Source: Octopus vulgaris (taxonomy: Eukaryota). Taken from it: 64,000 nt of DNA. The position numbers and the translations under genes were made by a program. The stretch spans positions 16,864,001 through 16,928,000 of the forward strand of contig OX597826.1 of assembly GCA_951406725.2 (NCBI GenBank). The letters run 5' to 3'. This document shows, piece by piece, positions 29,973 to 44,421 of this stretch; within the stretch, counting starts at the first letter, position 1; every line of letters begins with the position of its first letter. A model generated the notes under the pieces. It saw only the letters and a program-made list of their open reading frames with translations. It searched no databases and was not told where the DNA came from.

Positions 29973-30945
29973 CATATATACATACATACATACATACAAA
30001 CATACATACATACATACATACGTACATACATACATACATACATACATACACGTCTATAATGTATGTAAATATGTATGCAGTCGTGTCTATGCGTAATGTT
30101 GAATGTTCTTAAGCAATAACATTCTTTCCTTTTGGTAAAAGTACAAGTATTATCAGGAGAGGACTGACATAATTCATTTGAGAAAGGTCATAATGAAGGC
30201 TTATTGTGGGATTCAGTGTTAAAGGTTAAAGACATACACAGAATATAAGGACCTCAACTATTTGCTCAAACCATTTCAAAAAATTCTAATTAATAAATGT
30301 AATTACTCTAAGAAGTAAAAAATATTAATATATATTGAAAGTAATCCTGTTTGGTCAAAAAGTTAATGAAAGCAGACAACAAATGTAATAAAATATGATA
30401 TATTACTGAATCTGAATAAAATTTCTATTCTCGTATTTATTCCACTTAATTATTACGTTGTTCACTCATTGTAACCTGTTTCAGCAATACGACAGAATGA
30501 AAAATGAAATTATAATGAATGTAATTAGTTCACATATTTCGGTGTTTGAGACTAGTAGGAGTTTTGGAATTTTGGTGAAGCAATATAACCAGTGAATTAA
30601 TAAAAGTCATAAGTACAACAAATCTGAGAAATCGTGATAACATTTTGAGTCCGTCATTAAGATTATTCGTTTATAAAGAAATTATAGAAAAATATAAAAG
30701 TTTTAAAATGATTGCTTTCGCTAAAGCAGACAATTAAAAAGAAATTCATTAGACACCATAATCAAAACCAATAATTAAATACAAAAATCATAATCTGATA
30801 AAACATTCGAACAGTTGCATTAATAATATCATGCTTTTCATACCAACATTCGGCGTTTTCACATAGAATGGTATTTGATTGTACCAGTTGAGATGTGTTC
30901 TATTTCTTACTCTCGTGCATTTCATAATTTCATGGCAAAATATTA

Positions 30946-31972
30946 GCAATATTGGTTTCAAATTTTGGCACAAGGCCAGCAGGTTCAGGAATGGGGGCTA
31001 AATCAATAACATCGGCCCCAGTTCTCAACTGATACGTATTTTATCGATCTTAAAATTTTGAAAGGCAAAGCCAACCTGGGCGGAATTTGAGCTGAGAGAG
31101 TAAAAACGGACGAAATGCCGCTCAGCATTTTGCCCAGCGTATTAACGACTCTACCAGCTCGGCGCCTTAAGATATTATCAATATGGATTTCAAATTTTGG
31201 CACAAGGCTAGAATAATTCGGGGAGGAATGAAGTCGATTACATCGACACCAGTGGTCAACTGGTACTTATTTTATTGATAGATAAATGATGAAAAGCAAA
31301 GTCGACCTCGGCGGAATTTGAACTCAGAGTGTAGAAACGGACAAATGGTGCTAAGTGTTTTGCCCGACACAGTAACGATCCTGCCACTTCGGCGCCTTAG
31401 CGGTATTAGCAATATGCTTTACAAATTTTGGCACAAAGCCAGCAAATTTGGGGAAGGGGTAAGTTGATTTTGTCGACCACAGTGTTCAACTGGTGCTTAT
31501 TTTATCGACCCAGAGATGATGAAAGGCACAGTTGAACTCGGTGGAATTTGGACTCAGAACGTAAAGACAAACGAAATGCTTTACAGATATTAGTAATATT
31601 AAGACTGTAACAAGGCGCCGAACTGACAGAACCGTTACCACGCCGGGAAAATGTTCAGTGGCACTTCGTCCGTTTATTACGTTCTGAGTTCACATTATGC
31701 TTTTGTCTTTCATCCTTTCCGGGTCGATAAAATAAGTACAACATGAATACTGGTGGGGGGGGGGGGATATAATCGGATATCCCCTCCTTGAAATTGCTGG
31801 TCTTGTGCTAAAATTTGAAATCAATATTAAGAATGCAACAAGGTCGATAAAACAATATCGAAAGGATGAAAGACAAAGTCGACCCCGGCGGAATTTGAAC
31901 TCAGATTTTAAAAACCGACGAAATACCGCTAAGCATTTTGCCAGGCATGTTAACGACTCTATCAGCTCGCCA
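30946..31972. mobile_element. Cluster of five SINE family B copies: 30946-31170(-), 31171-31399(-), 31400-31581(-), 31612-31828(+), 31856-31972(-)
   Basis: Head AAGGCGCCGAGCTGG.AGA.TCGTTA, B-box GAGTTCAAATTCC, body GTCGACTTTGC.TTTCATC...GATAAAATAAGTACCAGTTG, tail GTGCCAAAATTTGAAA. Confidence 0.9.
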
Positions 31973-31999
31973 CATTTATATTCTATGTACAATATACCT

Positions 32000-33385
32000 G
32001 TTAATCCTTGGGGATATCACATTTTTGGTCGTTTCCATGGTTTCCATTTAGTTAACACTGTCAAAGCTTTTTTGGAAATCAGCTCATACTATGCATATAC
32101 ATTGTGTATTTGTGGATCGATAATTAATCTTTACATGCGCATGAGCCTTGATAACATGGCTTTTGTTCATCTGCAGATGAGTTTTCTTGTCTAAGTTATT
32201 TATACTCAGCGATGTTATTATAACTAACGTTTTGTAAACTATAGTCAGGCAGGTCGTTCGTCAGCAAAACCATTCCTCAAAGTTCTATTTGTGTTGTTCC
32301 TGTTTCTTTCATTGGCTCATAATTTAGCCAATGTCTTATTTTGTATGTTTGTTACATTTTCTACCAGATGTTTGAGATGTTTTTATTTCTTGATATTGTC
32401 TTCTTCCTCAAGTTTTTTGTCACGTCAAATCTGCAATTTGTGATATGGCCCACATCAGGAATATTCATTAGCTGCATTCTTTGTTTTGCACCATATGATC
32501 AGTGGTGTTTTCTATACTGTCCTTTGCATGTCTCTAGAGTTCTTATACTTCTCTTGCTATTCGTACCGTATTGATTTCTATTCTATTTATAGCTCGTTCT
32601 TCATAAAATCAGTTTGGGTTGTCTTCTTGGTATTGATTTGATTAAGGATAAAGAAATTACTTTTTTTTTATTTAAATTTCTGTCTTTATATATTTGTTTA
32701 TCGCATTTGACATTTATGTATGCGTAAATCTGAAAGAATACTCAAACTTCTTTTTAACTAAAATGGTTACTGCATATATTATTAGTTAGTGATACTGACG
32801 CTCCCACCTGTTTTTCATTATTTCTTCAGTGCCAGGTTTATGCTTTCATTTCTGTTATTTTATCATTGGGTTCTATCTTTGAGGCGTCTTTGTTTGTTCC
32901 ATACGAAGATCTATTGATTTTAATTATTTAATTATTTCCATCTTTAGGTTATTCAGAATCTCCATCTTTAGACTTGTCTATTCCTATATCTCTCTCATTT
33001 TGCCTTTTTATTCATAATTTGGTTTGTGTTGTTCTTGTTCGGCTTTTGTTTGTTACTACACTAACCAGTTTTTATGTCATTGTTTTGTTGTTTTAATGTC
33101 ATTTTTTTTTTTTCGTTTACCATCTGCAAATTCTATCTCCATAATTTACTTTCTCAATATTTCTCTTAGTATTTTGCCAGTGATTTCGTTACGTGTAAAT
33201 ATATTTTGAACAGTTCTAATTATATTTTTGGTTTCCAAAACTATATCTTTTAAAATTAGCTTCTGTGACAGATTATATTGTAATTTTAGGTCATAGTTAT
33301 ATCTTTACCAGATACTTTATCTGTTTAGAGTATTAGGATACGTTTTGGGTGTGACTGTAACTGTAAATTATAATAATTGTTAATG
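32000..33385 (-). mobile_element. Decayed LINE-like sequence, probably an upstream part of an R4/Dong element
   Basis: Strong A-rich minus-strand bias and weak coding-like fragments next to a Dong 3' end; no clean motif. Confidence 0.35.
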
Positions 33386-33387
33386 AT

Positions 33388-33790
33388 ATTATTATTATTA
33401 TTTTGGGTTGATTCAGGCTCGGTTTTATTCCTTGTAAGGTCTACATGGGCAGCGGTTTACTACCTGTAACCTCAGGTATCCATAAATTTTCAGCAGTCTT
33501 TCAAGTGTTTAGAACGCTTGCTGTCCCTAAGAAGCAAACATTCTGTAGGAGCTCTACTGGGCATTCTATTTCAATATCATTCAGGTATTTGTTTATATCT
33601 TGGCTTACAGTTTCTAACGCACCAATTACTATAGACACCACCTTTACTGTTTGCATGCTCCATAATCTTCTATTTCAACTTTTAAGGGATTTTTTCTTCT
33701 GGCTTTCACTTTCTTTACGATCCTGGAATCAAACGGGTATAATGGGTCAATAAATAAGCACCTGCGCTTTTCCTTATCTATAATATATAT
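33388..33790 (-). mobile_element. R4/Dong-clade LINE 3' fragment
   Basis: IIDKEKRRCLFID...PFDSRIVKK...VIGALETV...IECPVELLQNVCFLGTASV; (TAA)n tail on the minus strand; homologous to 12750-13100. Confidence 0.85.
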
Positions 33791-33791
33791 G

Positions 33792-33794
<3 letters not shown>

Positions 33795-33841
<47 letters not shown>

Positions 33842-33910
33842 ATAATAATAATTATTAATAATAATAATAATAATAATGATAATAATAATAATATTAATAA
33901 TAATAATAAT
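33795..33910. repeat. Self-complementary microsatellite (ATT)n immediately followed by (AAT)n
   Basis: Directly visible strand switch at ~33840. Confidence 0.95.
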
Positions 33911-33914
33911 TGAA

Positions 33915-34800
33915 GACTGAAGTTACTCTTCACGAAGGTAAAGAAACAAGAAGAACGCGACGGTTATTGGTGGTAAATAGGAATTGATTCTGTTTATTAA
34001 AATGAAACTGAAACGAATGAACAATATTTCGACACACCGTATGTCTTTTGCAAGTTCAAAATATAAAATGTAATTAAATTCAAAGATAGGAAACGCTGAG
34101 ACATTCAAAATTAAACCGGAAGAACTGCGTTTCTTTCCAAGTAAAACGACGACATCAGTTTTCAGTCTTTCCACAAAAGGTAGCAGAAGGAAAGAAGCAA
34201 AGAAAAAACAAAAAGAAAAGAACTGGAGAAAAAATTATTCAGACAAAAAGTTTAGTATAAATATGGTGGAATTCACCTGCCATTTTATTAATTTCTCCAG
34301 GCTGAGATGTTAACAGCTCATATATGCAGTGGGGTGAGGGTATTTGTTGAGAATGTGCACCTTCAGGTCCTCCTCAGATTTACACCCGTTTGATGTGAGA
34401 TGCTCCGCAAGTTCCGTGGAGCCACTACGATTGTACCTGACGTCGTACCTATGTCTGTTAAATTCTTTTTGCAATCGTTCTGTTGTGCAACCAACATAAA
34501 TTAGTTGGTGTTTGGTGCCTTCTGCTGCATACTCCAAATGGGAATCCTTACAGGTCCCTCCTTCTGTGTAAATCATCATTTCTGTTATAATTCTAAACAG
34601 AATTGGTCTAACTCAGGTCACTGCACAACGAACAGGGCCTATATCTCTTATGGATGTTTGAGAGAGGGGGTGCAGCGTTCAGAAACTCCAAAGGAGTTTT
34701 TATTAGAGACACTGGTCAATATTTCTCTAATATTTATATTATGTCTAAAGGCTACAATAGGCCTAAGAGAAAACATACCGAGTCAACAAGGTAGTATGTG
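33915..34800 (-). mobile_element. Penelope-like element 3' part (GIY-YIG endonuclease plus tail)
   Basis: GGTCKDSHLEYAAEGTKHQLIYVGCTTERLQKEFNRHRYDV...ELAEHL...DLKVHIL; a degenerate CTGATG(T)...GAAACG motif downstream at ~34125-34160. Confidence 0.8.
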
Positions 34801-34959
34801 GATAGAGTATTCTGTAGGCCAGCAGATAACGATATCATAGGCTGTCTACAAATCAAAGCTTTCAGCTATACTTACAACAAAGTTATGATCTATACGGTTG
34901 ACCAAGATAAGCTCAAAAGTCAAGGTCATATATATTAGAAGATGAATGCATTTTTAGCA

Positions 34960-35130
34960 TCGCGTCATCAGAGACCGAGTTATCAAATGAGTCTATCGGA
35001 AGTTGTCGAGTGAAAGCGTTACCAACTGGATTGGATGATCTGCCTTTCGAAGTTCATTGCTTTATGCCAGATTTATTCAGTGATCACTTAGCAAATTTCT
35101 AATGCAACGAGCAGCAGATCGAGAGAATTC
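34960..35130 (+). mobile_element. Tx1-like RT fragment
   Basis: GLDDLPFEVHCFMPDLFSDHLANF*CNEQQ parallels GLDGLPYEFYVFMLDLFTDFLRDVYCNWQQ of the 15.6-17.7 kb element. Confidence 0.7.
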
Positions 35131-36630
35131 ACTTAGACGGGTCTCCGAGGGTAACCGAACATTTATGTTCTCGATGTTAAAGCCGATAGTAAGGAAGCCA
35201 AACGGCTTCTTCCCAAAGGTAACACCCCTCAGTCAAAATCAGTGAAGAGAAATTGAAGTGGGGAGAGGAGTGTAAAACCGTTCCGGGAAGGAAATATGGG
35301 AGAAGGCGCCAGAAGAGGAATTACCCATTTCCTTCCAGCCACTCCCAAAAGAAGGAATGAATGAGTAGCGAATGAGAGCAGCCTCCCACCGAGAACACAT
35401 GACACTTATGATTCTTTGAATCACAAAATGCTTCTGAATGTGCAAAAATGCCGAACTACTGGCATCGTGAGACGATGGGAGAAGATTATCTAGAAATCAC
35501 GACCGGTAGTAAGCCGTACTTATCTACCAAAACAAAGACAGCGTGAGTGAAGCGATGTTCGTTCAAATAATTATTGAAAACATATTCATCTAAAAATTAA
35601 TAGGGAAAAATAGATATCAAGATATGTTATCTTTAGTCCAGCAGCTCCTGTTTCATTGAGGTAATCTTCCTTGGCAGTGATTTTAACTATTTTGTGTATG
35701 TCTAAGTGTGATAAAGGAAGAAATAATGACTTCTAAGGAAGGATTTTATTTAAGTCAATCCGATATAATCTCTATTCCGCAAGAAAAAGAAAATCGGAGT
35801 TGGTGTTCTTATTAAGCACGATTGCATCTAGTGGACGTGGGCTTATAACATATATCTATATAATTCTTCAGGAACACACATTTTCGGTTAAATTTCAACT
35901 GGCCTAGGCAAAGCACGTGCTTACGCTATATATATATCTTTTAATTTCCCCAATCTTCTCATATCTTCATCTTAATAGCCTTATCTCTGCTTCAGAAGTA
36001 CACTCTTATAATAATCATATTCTAAGGTGACCTTTTCTTTAACATTAGAGCTGTGAGTATAACATCAAAGGTTGTGATTTCGTTTCTTTGCAAGGATGCT
36101 AAAGAATCTACGTTCGCCGTTTTCTTTCATACTTATCCTCTTATCTCTATCAAAGCTTTATGTTCCTTCGCATTATACGGGTTTTTTTTCCTATTTTTAA
36201 TACCATATTAATGATTATCACCTTATCTTATAAACATTCTATGTACATAATGTGAATTGCTTGCACATAAATGTGTTGGTAGGTAAAGGAATTCTAATAT
36301 ACACATGTATGACTACACATAATTGCATGCGTGTAATGATGGCGGAATGAACATACATGTGTGCTCATTTTGTTTATACCCTTGCACATGTATATTAATC
36401 TTATTTTATCATCGCTTTTACTTACATACAGATATGAATGTATAATATAGACGGTATTGGAACCCTCGCATATATGCATGCATTGACACTCAAATATACA
36501 TATATAAGATTACATACATATTTATATATACATATATACATACATATATATATTAATACATATATATATACATATATATGTATATATATATTAATATATA
36601 TATACATATATCTGTATATATATATATATA

Positions 36631-36666
<36 letters not shown>

Positions 36667-38314
36667 AATATACACTATTTAATATATACAAATGAGAGCC
36701 TGCATGTGTGTGTGAGTGCGTGTAATGTGTAATGTTTTCAGACTTTAAGTGTATCAAAATTCCAGTGGGTTTGCAATATATAAAAACAAATTCGAACATG
36801 TACAAAAGGTGAAAAGGGAAAACAACCAAGAAAGGAAAACGAAAATAACGGTTTGAAATAATACCATATCATTTTACCATTTTCAAAGCGAAATCTTATA
36901 TTATCCACCTGTCGTCAATATCTTTTTTCTACTCTTACTTTCCTGCCGTCTCCCGTTTTCGTTCGGCTGGTTCACTCCAATCAAATAGAGATTCATCATC
37001 ATCATCATCATCATCAGCATTATCGTCATCATCGCCGGCGTCGTCGGCATCACGACTACCATCATCTTTTGGTAATTAACTACGTAAGGCTAAGACTTAT
37101 AGATTTGGTGTCACCTCTAGATGATTGGGCCAGGAGGGTGGGGTGCTTTATTGTCGCTCTTTAGATGATGAATTCAAATTCTGGTGAGTTTATTTTCCAA
37201 CGACGATCAATAGAAAATAAAGGTCTTCTACTCAGTTCGATCCTAGGAATCAATTCTAGTTACACAGAGGCGAATAGAAGTAAATTACTAAATATAAAAA
37301 GCAATTAAAAAAATCTTAATTATTTAAAAAATTGTAATGATTTAAGGAATAGCAATCAATAGGAGTCTCTCCTTACGGAAAAAAACCTGGTAAATGGTGT
37401 GACGATTCCTTAAATGACCCAAAAAGAGGACAAAGCGAAGCCATCTGCAACAGAGAGTTTGCCGGAAAAAGAATTATGAGACCTCTCTAGCGACTTCAAA
37501 GTTTAATGTCCGCGGTTCATGTTGAGAACGATTCCAAGAAAGCACGTTCATCGTGACAGTCACGTCAAATGTAAGTAACATATGTAAAGAAGGCGGGAAG
37601 CTGAGGTAGGAGAATGATGACGAACTACTAACTAGAGAGAAGAGAAATGGAAAAAGTGGAAGTGTGTAACTGACAAGTCTTCCACAAAACAGAACAGTCC
37701 TAAATTTAACATCAAAGATACAGAGTTCTAGAGAAGCGGATGATCAAGGGAATGGTGTAACCATGCCGGACCCATATTCAGTACACATAAAATATGGAGG
37801 AAGTGTTGAATACAAAGAGTTTTATTCGTTCTGTCACAGTGATGACTTATGGTAATATGAGAATATTTTTTTTTAACAAATTGACGGCAGAGTGTAATTA
37901 GGACAGAAAACCGATTAAATATGAGGTTTTCATTCTCACGTAATATTTCTATGGATTCACGACACCATAAATTACTTGCAGGTCACTTTCCTAGATAAAG
38001 TATTCCAGTATTAATGGTAGCCCAAAATGTGTCATAATGTATGTCACCATCTTTGAAATGGTGGATTTTGTCTTATATATAAATAACTTTCACTCAAATG
38101 TTTCTCTATTTCTTCATAGTCAATGACAAGACTTTTTTCCCCAATTGTCTGATACAGCCATTCTTCGTTTCCTCACTTTGAATTACATAATATTTCAGTT
38201 GCCTTTCTTGAAATTAATAACTTTTCTGTTCGTTTTGGGTGAAAACTCCTTGTATCGTTTTAGATTCAAAATTTATATATTTGTAGAAGCCATTTATGTT
38301 CATGCATATACAGG

Positions 38315-38391
<77 letters not shown>

Positions 38392-38787
38392 CGTACAAAC
38401 AAGCATAATGGAAAAAGAAATGAGAAGTTGGAAAGAGAGACGGAATTACTACTATTGTAGCACAAGGCTAAAAAAGTGATACACTCATTCAGAACCACTG
38501 AAGTAGTGGGACCCTGCCCTTCTCTTCATATACTCACAAGATTAATTAAAATCAACGTGAAATTAACTACCTCACGAAATATTTAAATTGCCTTTTTTTG
38601 TGCGTGATGAACGTTAACATTACATTATATAAATCAGGTGCAAAGTGGGACGGGCTCAATATAAACCTGCATACTGTGCAACAACGCTTCGAACTCATCA
38701 TTTGCCTTTACTTGTTATCTTTCCAACCAACAGGATATTTCATGTGTAACTATGTAAAAATATTTGTGTCTAAATTACGAGTTTCCG

Positions 38788-39207
38788 AATTGGTTTCAAA
38801 TATTGACATAATGTCGGCAGATTCAGAAAAGGGTAACACCGACCGCTGTATTCAATTGGTATGTAATTTATCGTGTCCGAGAAAGTGGAATGTAAAGTCG
38901 AACTCCGCGGCATTTTTACTCAGAGCGTAAAGGCGGAGGAAATGCTGGTAAGCATTTTGCCCGGTGTGGTAACGATTCTGCCAGCTCGCCAACATATCAC
39001 GAGTTGCCAAATTCTTTTCTACTCTATGCACAAGGCCCGAAAATTGGGGGGGAGGTGGCCAGTCGATTAGATCAACCCCAGTACGCAACTGGTATTTAAT
39101 TTATCGACCCCAAATGATGAAAGGCAAAGTCGACCTCAGCGGAATTTGAACTCAGAACGTAAAGACAGATGAAATACTGCTAAGCATTTCACTCGGCGTG
39201 CTAACGT
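38788..39207 (-). mobile_element. Two tandem SINE family B copies (38788-38990, 39010-39207)
   Basis: Same head and body motifs as the 31 kb cluster. Confidence 0.85.
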
Positions 39208-41169
39208 TCACGAGTTACCAAATTGAGATCAGTTTACGCACTGGATTAATTTTCACATTATCATGGCGAAATATTCTGATTTTGGACTTTGACATATTTT
39301 TCTCTAGTTATAATTTTTAAATAGTATAAATGGGCCCAGTCTGTGAAAAAATAATGCATTTTTCCGTCGCTCATTTTGGATTTGATCATCTGCTTGTATA
39401 GTTCCTAACTACTGTTGCTAATCGAGTAGCCAAATTCAGAATTATGTGCTGGTTTCTGATATTTGTATATCAATATTTTGTAAATAACTGAAATAAAGTT
39501 GTTACATGTTGTTTTATGTTATATTCTTTACTGTTTTGTCATTTGAATTTAAAAAAGTACAATTTGAATTTTAAAAACAATATCTTAAATTTCACTTTGT
39601 CACTGTTTTTTTTAAGAGAAATGAAAGCACAAATTTATTATCAGAGTAAAGTTAATTTTACTTTCAAAAAATTACCAAGGAATAAATGGAGAAAATGGGG
39701 TTAGTATGTTCGTTGGTATATATCGCATCATGATAGGAGCATAATTCTACTTTCTTCATTTCTACGTTTCTTTACACTTTAAGTTTCTGAGTTTGTATCC
39801 CAACTGAATTGTTTTCTTCTAAATACTAATGAGTACAGCCCTGTATAATATCAAATCAAATGCGTTTTACCTCTAGTGCGAGTCACGACAAATGAAGCAA
39901 AAATAGATTGAAGTATCAGAGCCTCCTGTGAAAGAAATACATTTCTCAAATACACAACCTGCCAGATACAATATGGTGGTAACTGTGTCAACGACAAGAG
40001 CTAAATCCCAAAGTGAGGTATGACTTTTTATAGTGGAAATGTTGCAGTATGTAGGGGATTAAAAAGTTAGTGGAAATATTGTGCGTTTTTCTTGAAGTAG
40101 TTTATGGCGTCAGAATATTTTGCGTAACAAGCGTACTTTGATGTTAAGCTCAGATGTTTCGATACTGTTCATTTCTGATCATAATAAAAATAATATTATC
40201 AGATATTATATACGTGTATGAGTGTGTACGTGTACATGTATGTAAGGGCGTCTGTGTGAGTATGCACAAAGAAGAATTTTGCATTTCCATTTGCAAGTTC
40301 TATAATGACTTTATAAATGTTTTTTACGTATGCGTTTTCATATGATCGTTCTCATTTGTTTGAGGCCTTTTATGATTTTTCTCCGTATGTGCTTTTTTAT
40401 AGCATAGCTTCGCGGGATGTTAACGATTCGTAGAAAGATAGCAATGAAAGCGAAACTAGAAAAAATGCTTCGGAAATAAACCGATACATCAATCTTAATG
40501 GGAAACTAAGTAGAACATCTTCAAAATATGGAGCGTTAGATATAACTAAAATGTATATAAAAATATCTTATTTCTTAGTATTAATATATGAAATAATCGA
40601 TGGAAAGTTTTCATTGATTTCTGCGGATTAAGACATTACATGCTGTAACACTACTGAAACGAAAGACGAAGATTTTGATATTTTAGCTAGATTCTAAAGA
40701 GAGTAAACATTTAAACGGCATTCGATATTTTAAAACAACTCATTTATATAATCCTGTAATTTTTTTTAAGCGTAAAGGAAATTGACTTCTATCAGATTTT
40801 GAGGAAATGTCTATGCTTTATGTACAGAATGAAACTCAAAGATGAACTAAAAGGGGGAAAAGATAAAGGGAAGAGAAACAATTTACTAGAATAATATTCC
40901 TATCGAAGTTTAAATCGAAGCGAAATAATAAAATCGATCACGAGTAGGTTTAAGAAGTTGCCTACCCAATCTTGTGGTTTCATGTTCGTTTCCGCTGCTT
41001 GTCATAATGGGGGAATTAGATCTATAAGAGTATCGGAATCCCCAATGGTCTGCTAAGTGGAAACGGTACGGGCGTCAGCTTCGTAGAAAACTACACACAC
41101 ACACAGAGAGGCATCCACACATATGTAACACACACACACACACAGAGGCATTCACACATATGTATGCAT

Positions 41170-41326
41170 ATATATTCTTTTACTCATTTCAATCATTAAA
41201 CTGCGGCCATGCTGGAGCACTGCCATGAATAGATTTTTGTCAATTGAATCGGCTCCAATCCTTTTTTTAGAGCTATCAGGGACGTAAACATTACCTGTTG
41301 TCAAGCGTCGGTGGGGTCCATCCACT

Positions 41327-41360
<34 letters not shown>
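41170..41360 (-). mobile_element. SINE family A, 3' half
   Basis: GCGGCCATGCTGGAGCAC...GGGACGTAAACA...GTTGTCAAGCG then (CA)n. Confidence 0.8.
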
Positions 41361-41377
<17 letters not shown>

Positions 41378-41504
41378 TATTATTTACATTTGACTGATGA
41401 ACATGTAATTACTAGATTGTTGACAATTACGAACGTGTGCCATTTTCTATCATTAATAAAACTGTCGGAATTTTTGTTGACACGGGTATGCAAGTATATA
41501 ATAG

Positions 41505-41655
41505 CTGCAGGCGTGGATGCGTTGAAAGAAGCTTGCTTCCCAATCACACGGTTCCGGGTTCAGTCTAATTCCTTGCAACCTTGGCACCATCTACTATAGC
41601 CTCGTTCTAACCAAAGCGTTATGAGTGGATCTGGTAGAAGGAAACTGAATGAAGC

Positions 41656-41740
<85 letters not shown>

Positions 41741-41957
41741 TTGTATAGACTCATGTGTGTGTGTGTGTGTTTCTGTTTGTCTCACCTTCCCATGCCATCA
41801 CCTCACAACCGATGATGGTGTGTTTCTGGCCCTGTAACTTAGCGGTGCCGCAAAATAAACCAATAGAATAAGTAATATGCTTACAAATAAGTCCTGGGGC
41901 CGATTTCTTTGCGTTGCCGCAGTCAAAAGACTGAAACAAGTAAAAGTATAAAAGGAT
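41505..41957 (+). mobile_element. SINE family A, near full length
   Basis: GCAGGCGTGG...TTCCGGGTTCAGTC...CTACTATAGCCTC...GGAAACTGAA, (TA)(TG)n, GACTGAAACAAGTAAAAG. Confidence 0.85.
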
Positions 41958-44377
41958 ATATACACGAATGCCTACTATAAAGAATGCATAGAATGTAGTC
42001 CGCTAAATTACGTTCTCCAGTGTACATTGGACGTAACTATATAGAAAACATTAACAGAAAATGTACTAGACTCGACAGAAATCGAAAGGGCACTGTCGTT
42101 GCACGGTTGTCGTCCAGTACCTGAAGCATTAAATAGATACTATGATATATAACTTATGGGTGAATTAGATAAATATTGTTTATGCTAGTATTATTATTAG
42201 TTTCATTTAATAATAGGCGTATAATAATAAAGCTGGCCAACAAATTCCAACTTTATTTCTGCTGACCTAAGAGTGAGACCTGCTTTGCGGCAATTTGGGG
42301 TCACTGAGTTTTAAAATGGCAATATGTTTTTTTTTCTGTCACGTCTAGATCTTTTTGTATAGCCTGTCCTATATTACCCCCACCCATAACTCCATGTTTG
42401 AAATATTCGCATTCCACTTTTCTGGATGCGACGTCCAACTATCTGGACGTCATTTCCCAATTCGTTCGACTCTAGACACTTCTCTTCTTTTTATTCTATA
42501 TCCTTTCAAACTTTCTCCAAGGCGTTACCCATTACAAATTCTTTTGACCTAACTGTTTTTAATGTTTGTCTTCGTTGAGTTTTTTACTCTGAACATCTAC
42601 TCTGTTGTTCCTTGTTCGTTCGAAGACCTAACGCTCCACAATTTTTTTTAATATTTAAAACATTTCTAGATGCTGCTGTCTTATGAAATTTTCCTATCTT
42701 GTTAAAAGTATGAAGCAGGTAGTAATAAAAAGTCGACAACTGATGAGTGAGTTACCTTGTTTTGGTATTTTGTCCTGTACTTTTCTCTCGAGTATTTTCG
42801 TAATTTTTACTCGTTGGTAATGTTCTGTTCTTAATGTGTATTTTATTTATACGTGTGTATCTATGTGTGTGTGTGTCTGTGTATGTGTGTGTGTCTCTGT
42901 GTGTGCATGTGTGTGTGTGTGTCTGTGTGTCATTAATGACCTGTGAGGAACTATGGGTGTTATATAGGCAACAACAGTACATCATGAAATGAAATACATT
43001 AGAACATGTAGTTTCCTACCACATATTGTAATTTTAATGAGAACATTTTTCTCCAGAAATAATAAAACGTATAATTATTGGCCAGTCAAAAATTCCTATA
43101 TTATTCCATATTATATACGCATATTTTGCATAGCGCTTACTGAAATTCCTCCATGTCTGATAATTTTGTGGCATGTTGACATTTTAATCTATGAGCATTT
43201 TATTTACATTTTATGTTAATAACTAATAAAGTAGGAAGTTATAAACCGACTAATAAACATCATATATTCATTATATACATTGAAACGTTGTTTGTAGACA
43301 AAATCGATTAGTATCAATACATGCAGTTACAATGAGACTTTATCTAGTGAAAGTATAGGTAAAGCTATGTCATGCCATATTATAAAACTCCATTAATCTG
43401 AATAAGACAACTCATAAAACTATCATAGAAGCCATTCTGAGTCACTAACCGTGTTTTGAATACAAGAATCTCTTCTGATTGCAGAGGAGCTGCACTGGTA
43501 GACAGATTTTAAGATATTAACAAGTGCTATCTAGAACCCATTGATGTAAACTATGATTTCTATTTGAATCTAGTTGAAAATCAATAAAAGAAAATAATTG
43601 CGTATTTCTTTTGTTGAAATACTTGTAATAAACAGCATTAAAAGCTATCATCAATGATACGAAGGCGATTTCTGGCATATCACACAAGCTGCAGCCATTT
43701 CCCATCCAAAATATTACCACTTATTCTTAGTAGCTGAAAATGTTCAGATTTCCAATTATTTTCATTTCAGTGGCAAGGTGCAAAGAACGCTCTTTAAATC
43801 CCTTTGTTATCGTCTTCTAAAATTAGGGCAAGAGACTTAGATAGTTGCACAGAAATATCCCAAATTATATGCATCAGTATTGGTAATAGTTAATTCAAAA
43901 AGTTCTCCGCGACACAACTAATAATAGTATCAGTAAAACCAGCATTTATCATACAAATGTAAATCATCTTATTGCTGCTCCCGTATAAATATGAGACAGT
44001 TTATGTAATTATGTATAATATTGTAAAAGCCAATGATATTTAATTTGAATGAATGAGCTACGAACATATTTTGATTTTATAGTTGTTTATTAAATACTGG
44101 GAAACTCCGTGAGACTAGAGATATTTCTGAAAAGAAAATAACATAAAGGACAGTACTGAAAAGCGATGGTTAAATTTTCAGTAACTAATTTCAGCAATGA
44201 AAAGAATTTCAATGCTCAATGAAAAGTTACAGTCTCTTGTTATAATATTTCATTTTGGCACAATAGCAGACAAAAAGTGACACACGTGTAGTCATATGCA
44301 GATAAACACCACCAATGTTGTTGTAGAATTGCACATGCATGTACGTAAATACACACACGCACTCGAACGCACGCGCG

Positions 44378-44421
<44 letters not shown>

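Noticed and set aside
42740-42790. CTGATGAG hammerhead core (also CTGATGA at ~41394)
   Set aside because: No downstream GAAA or pairing stems.
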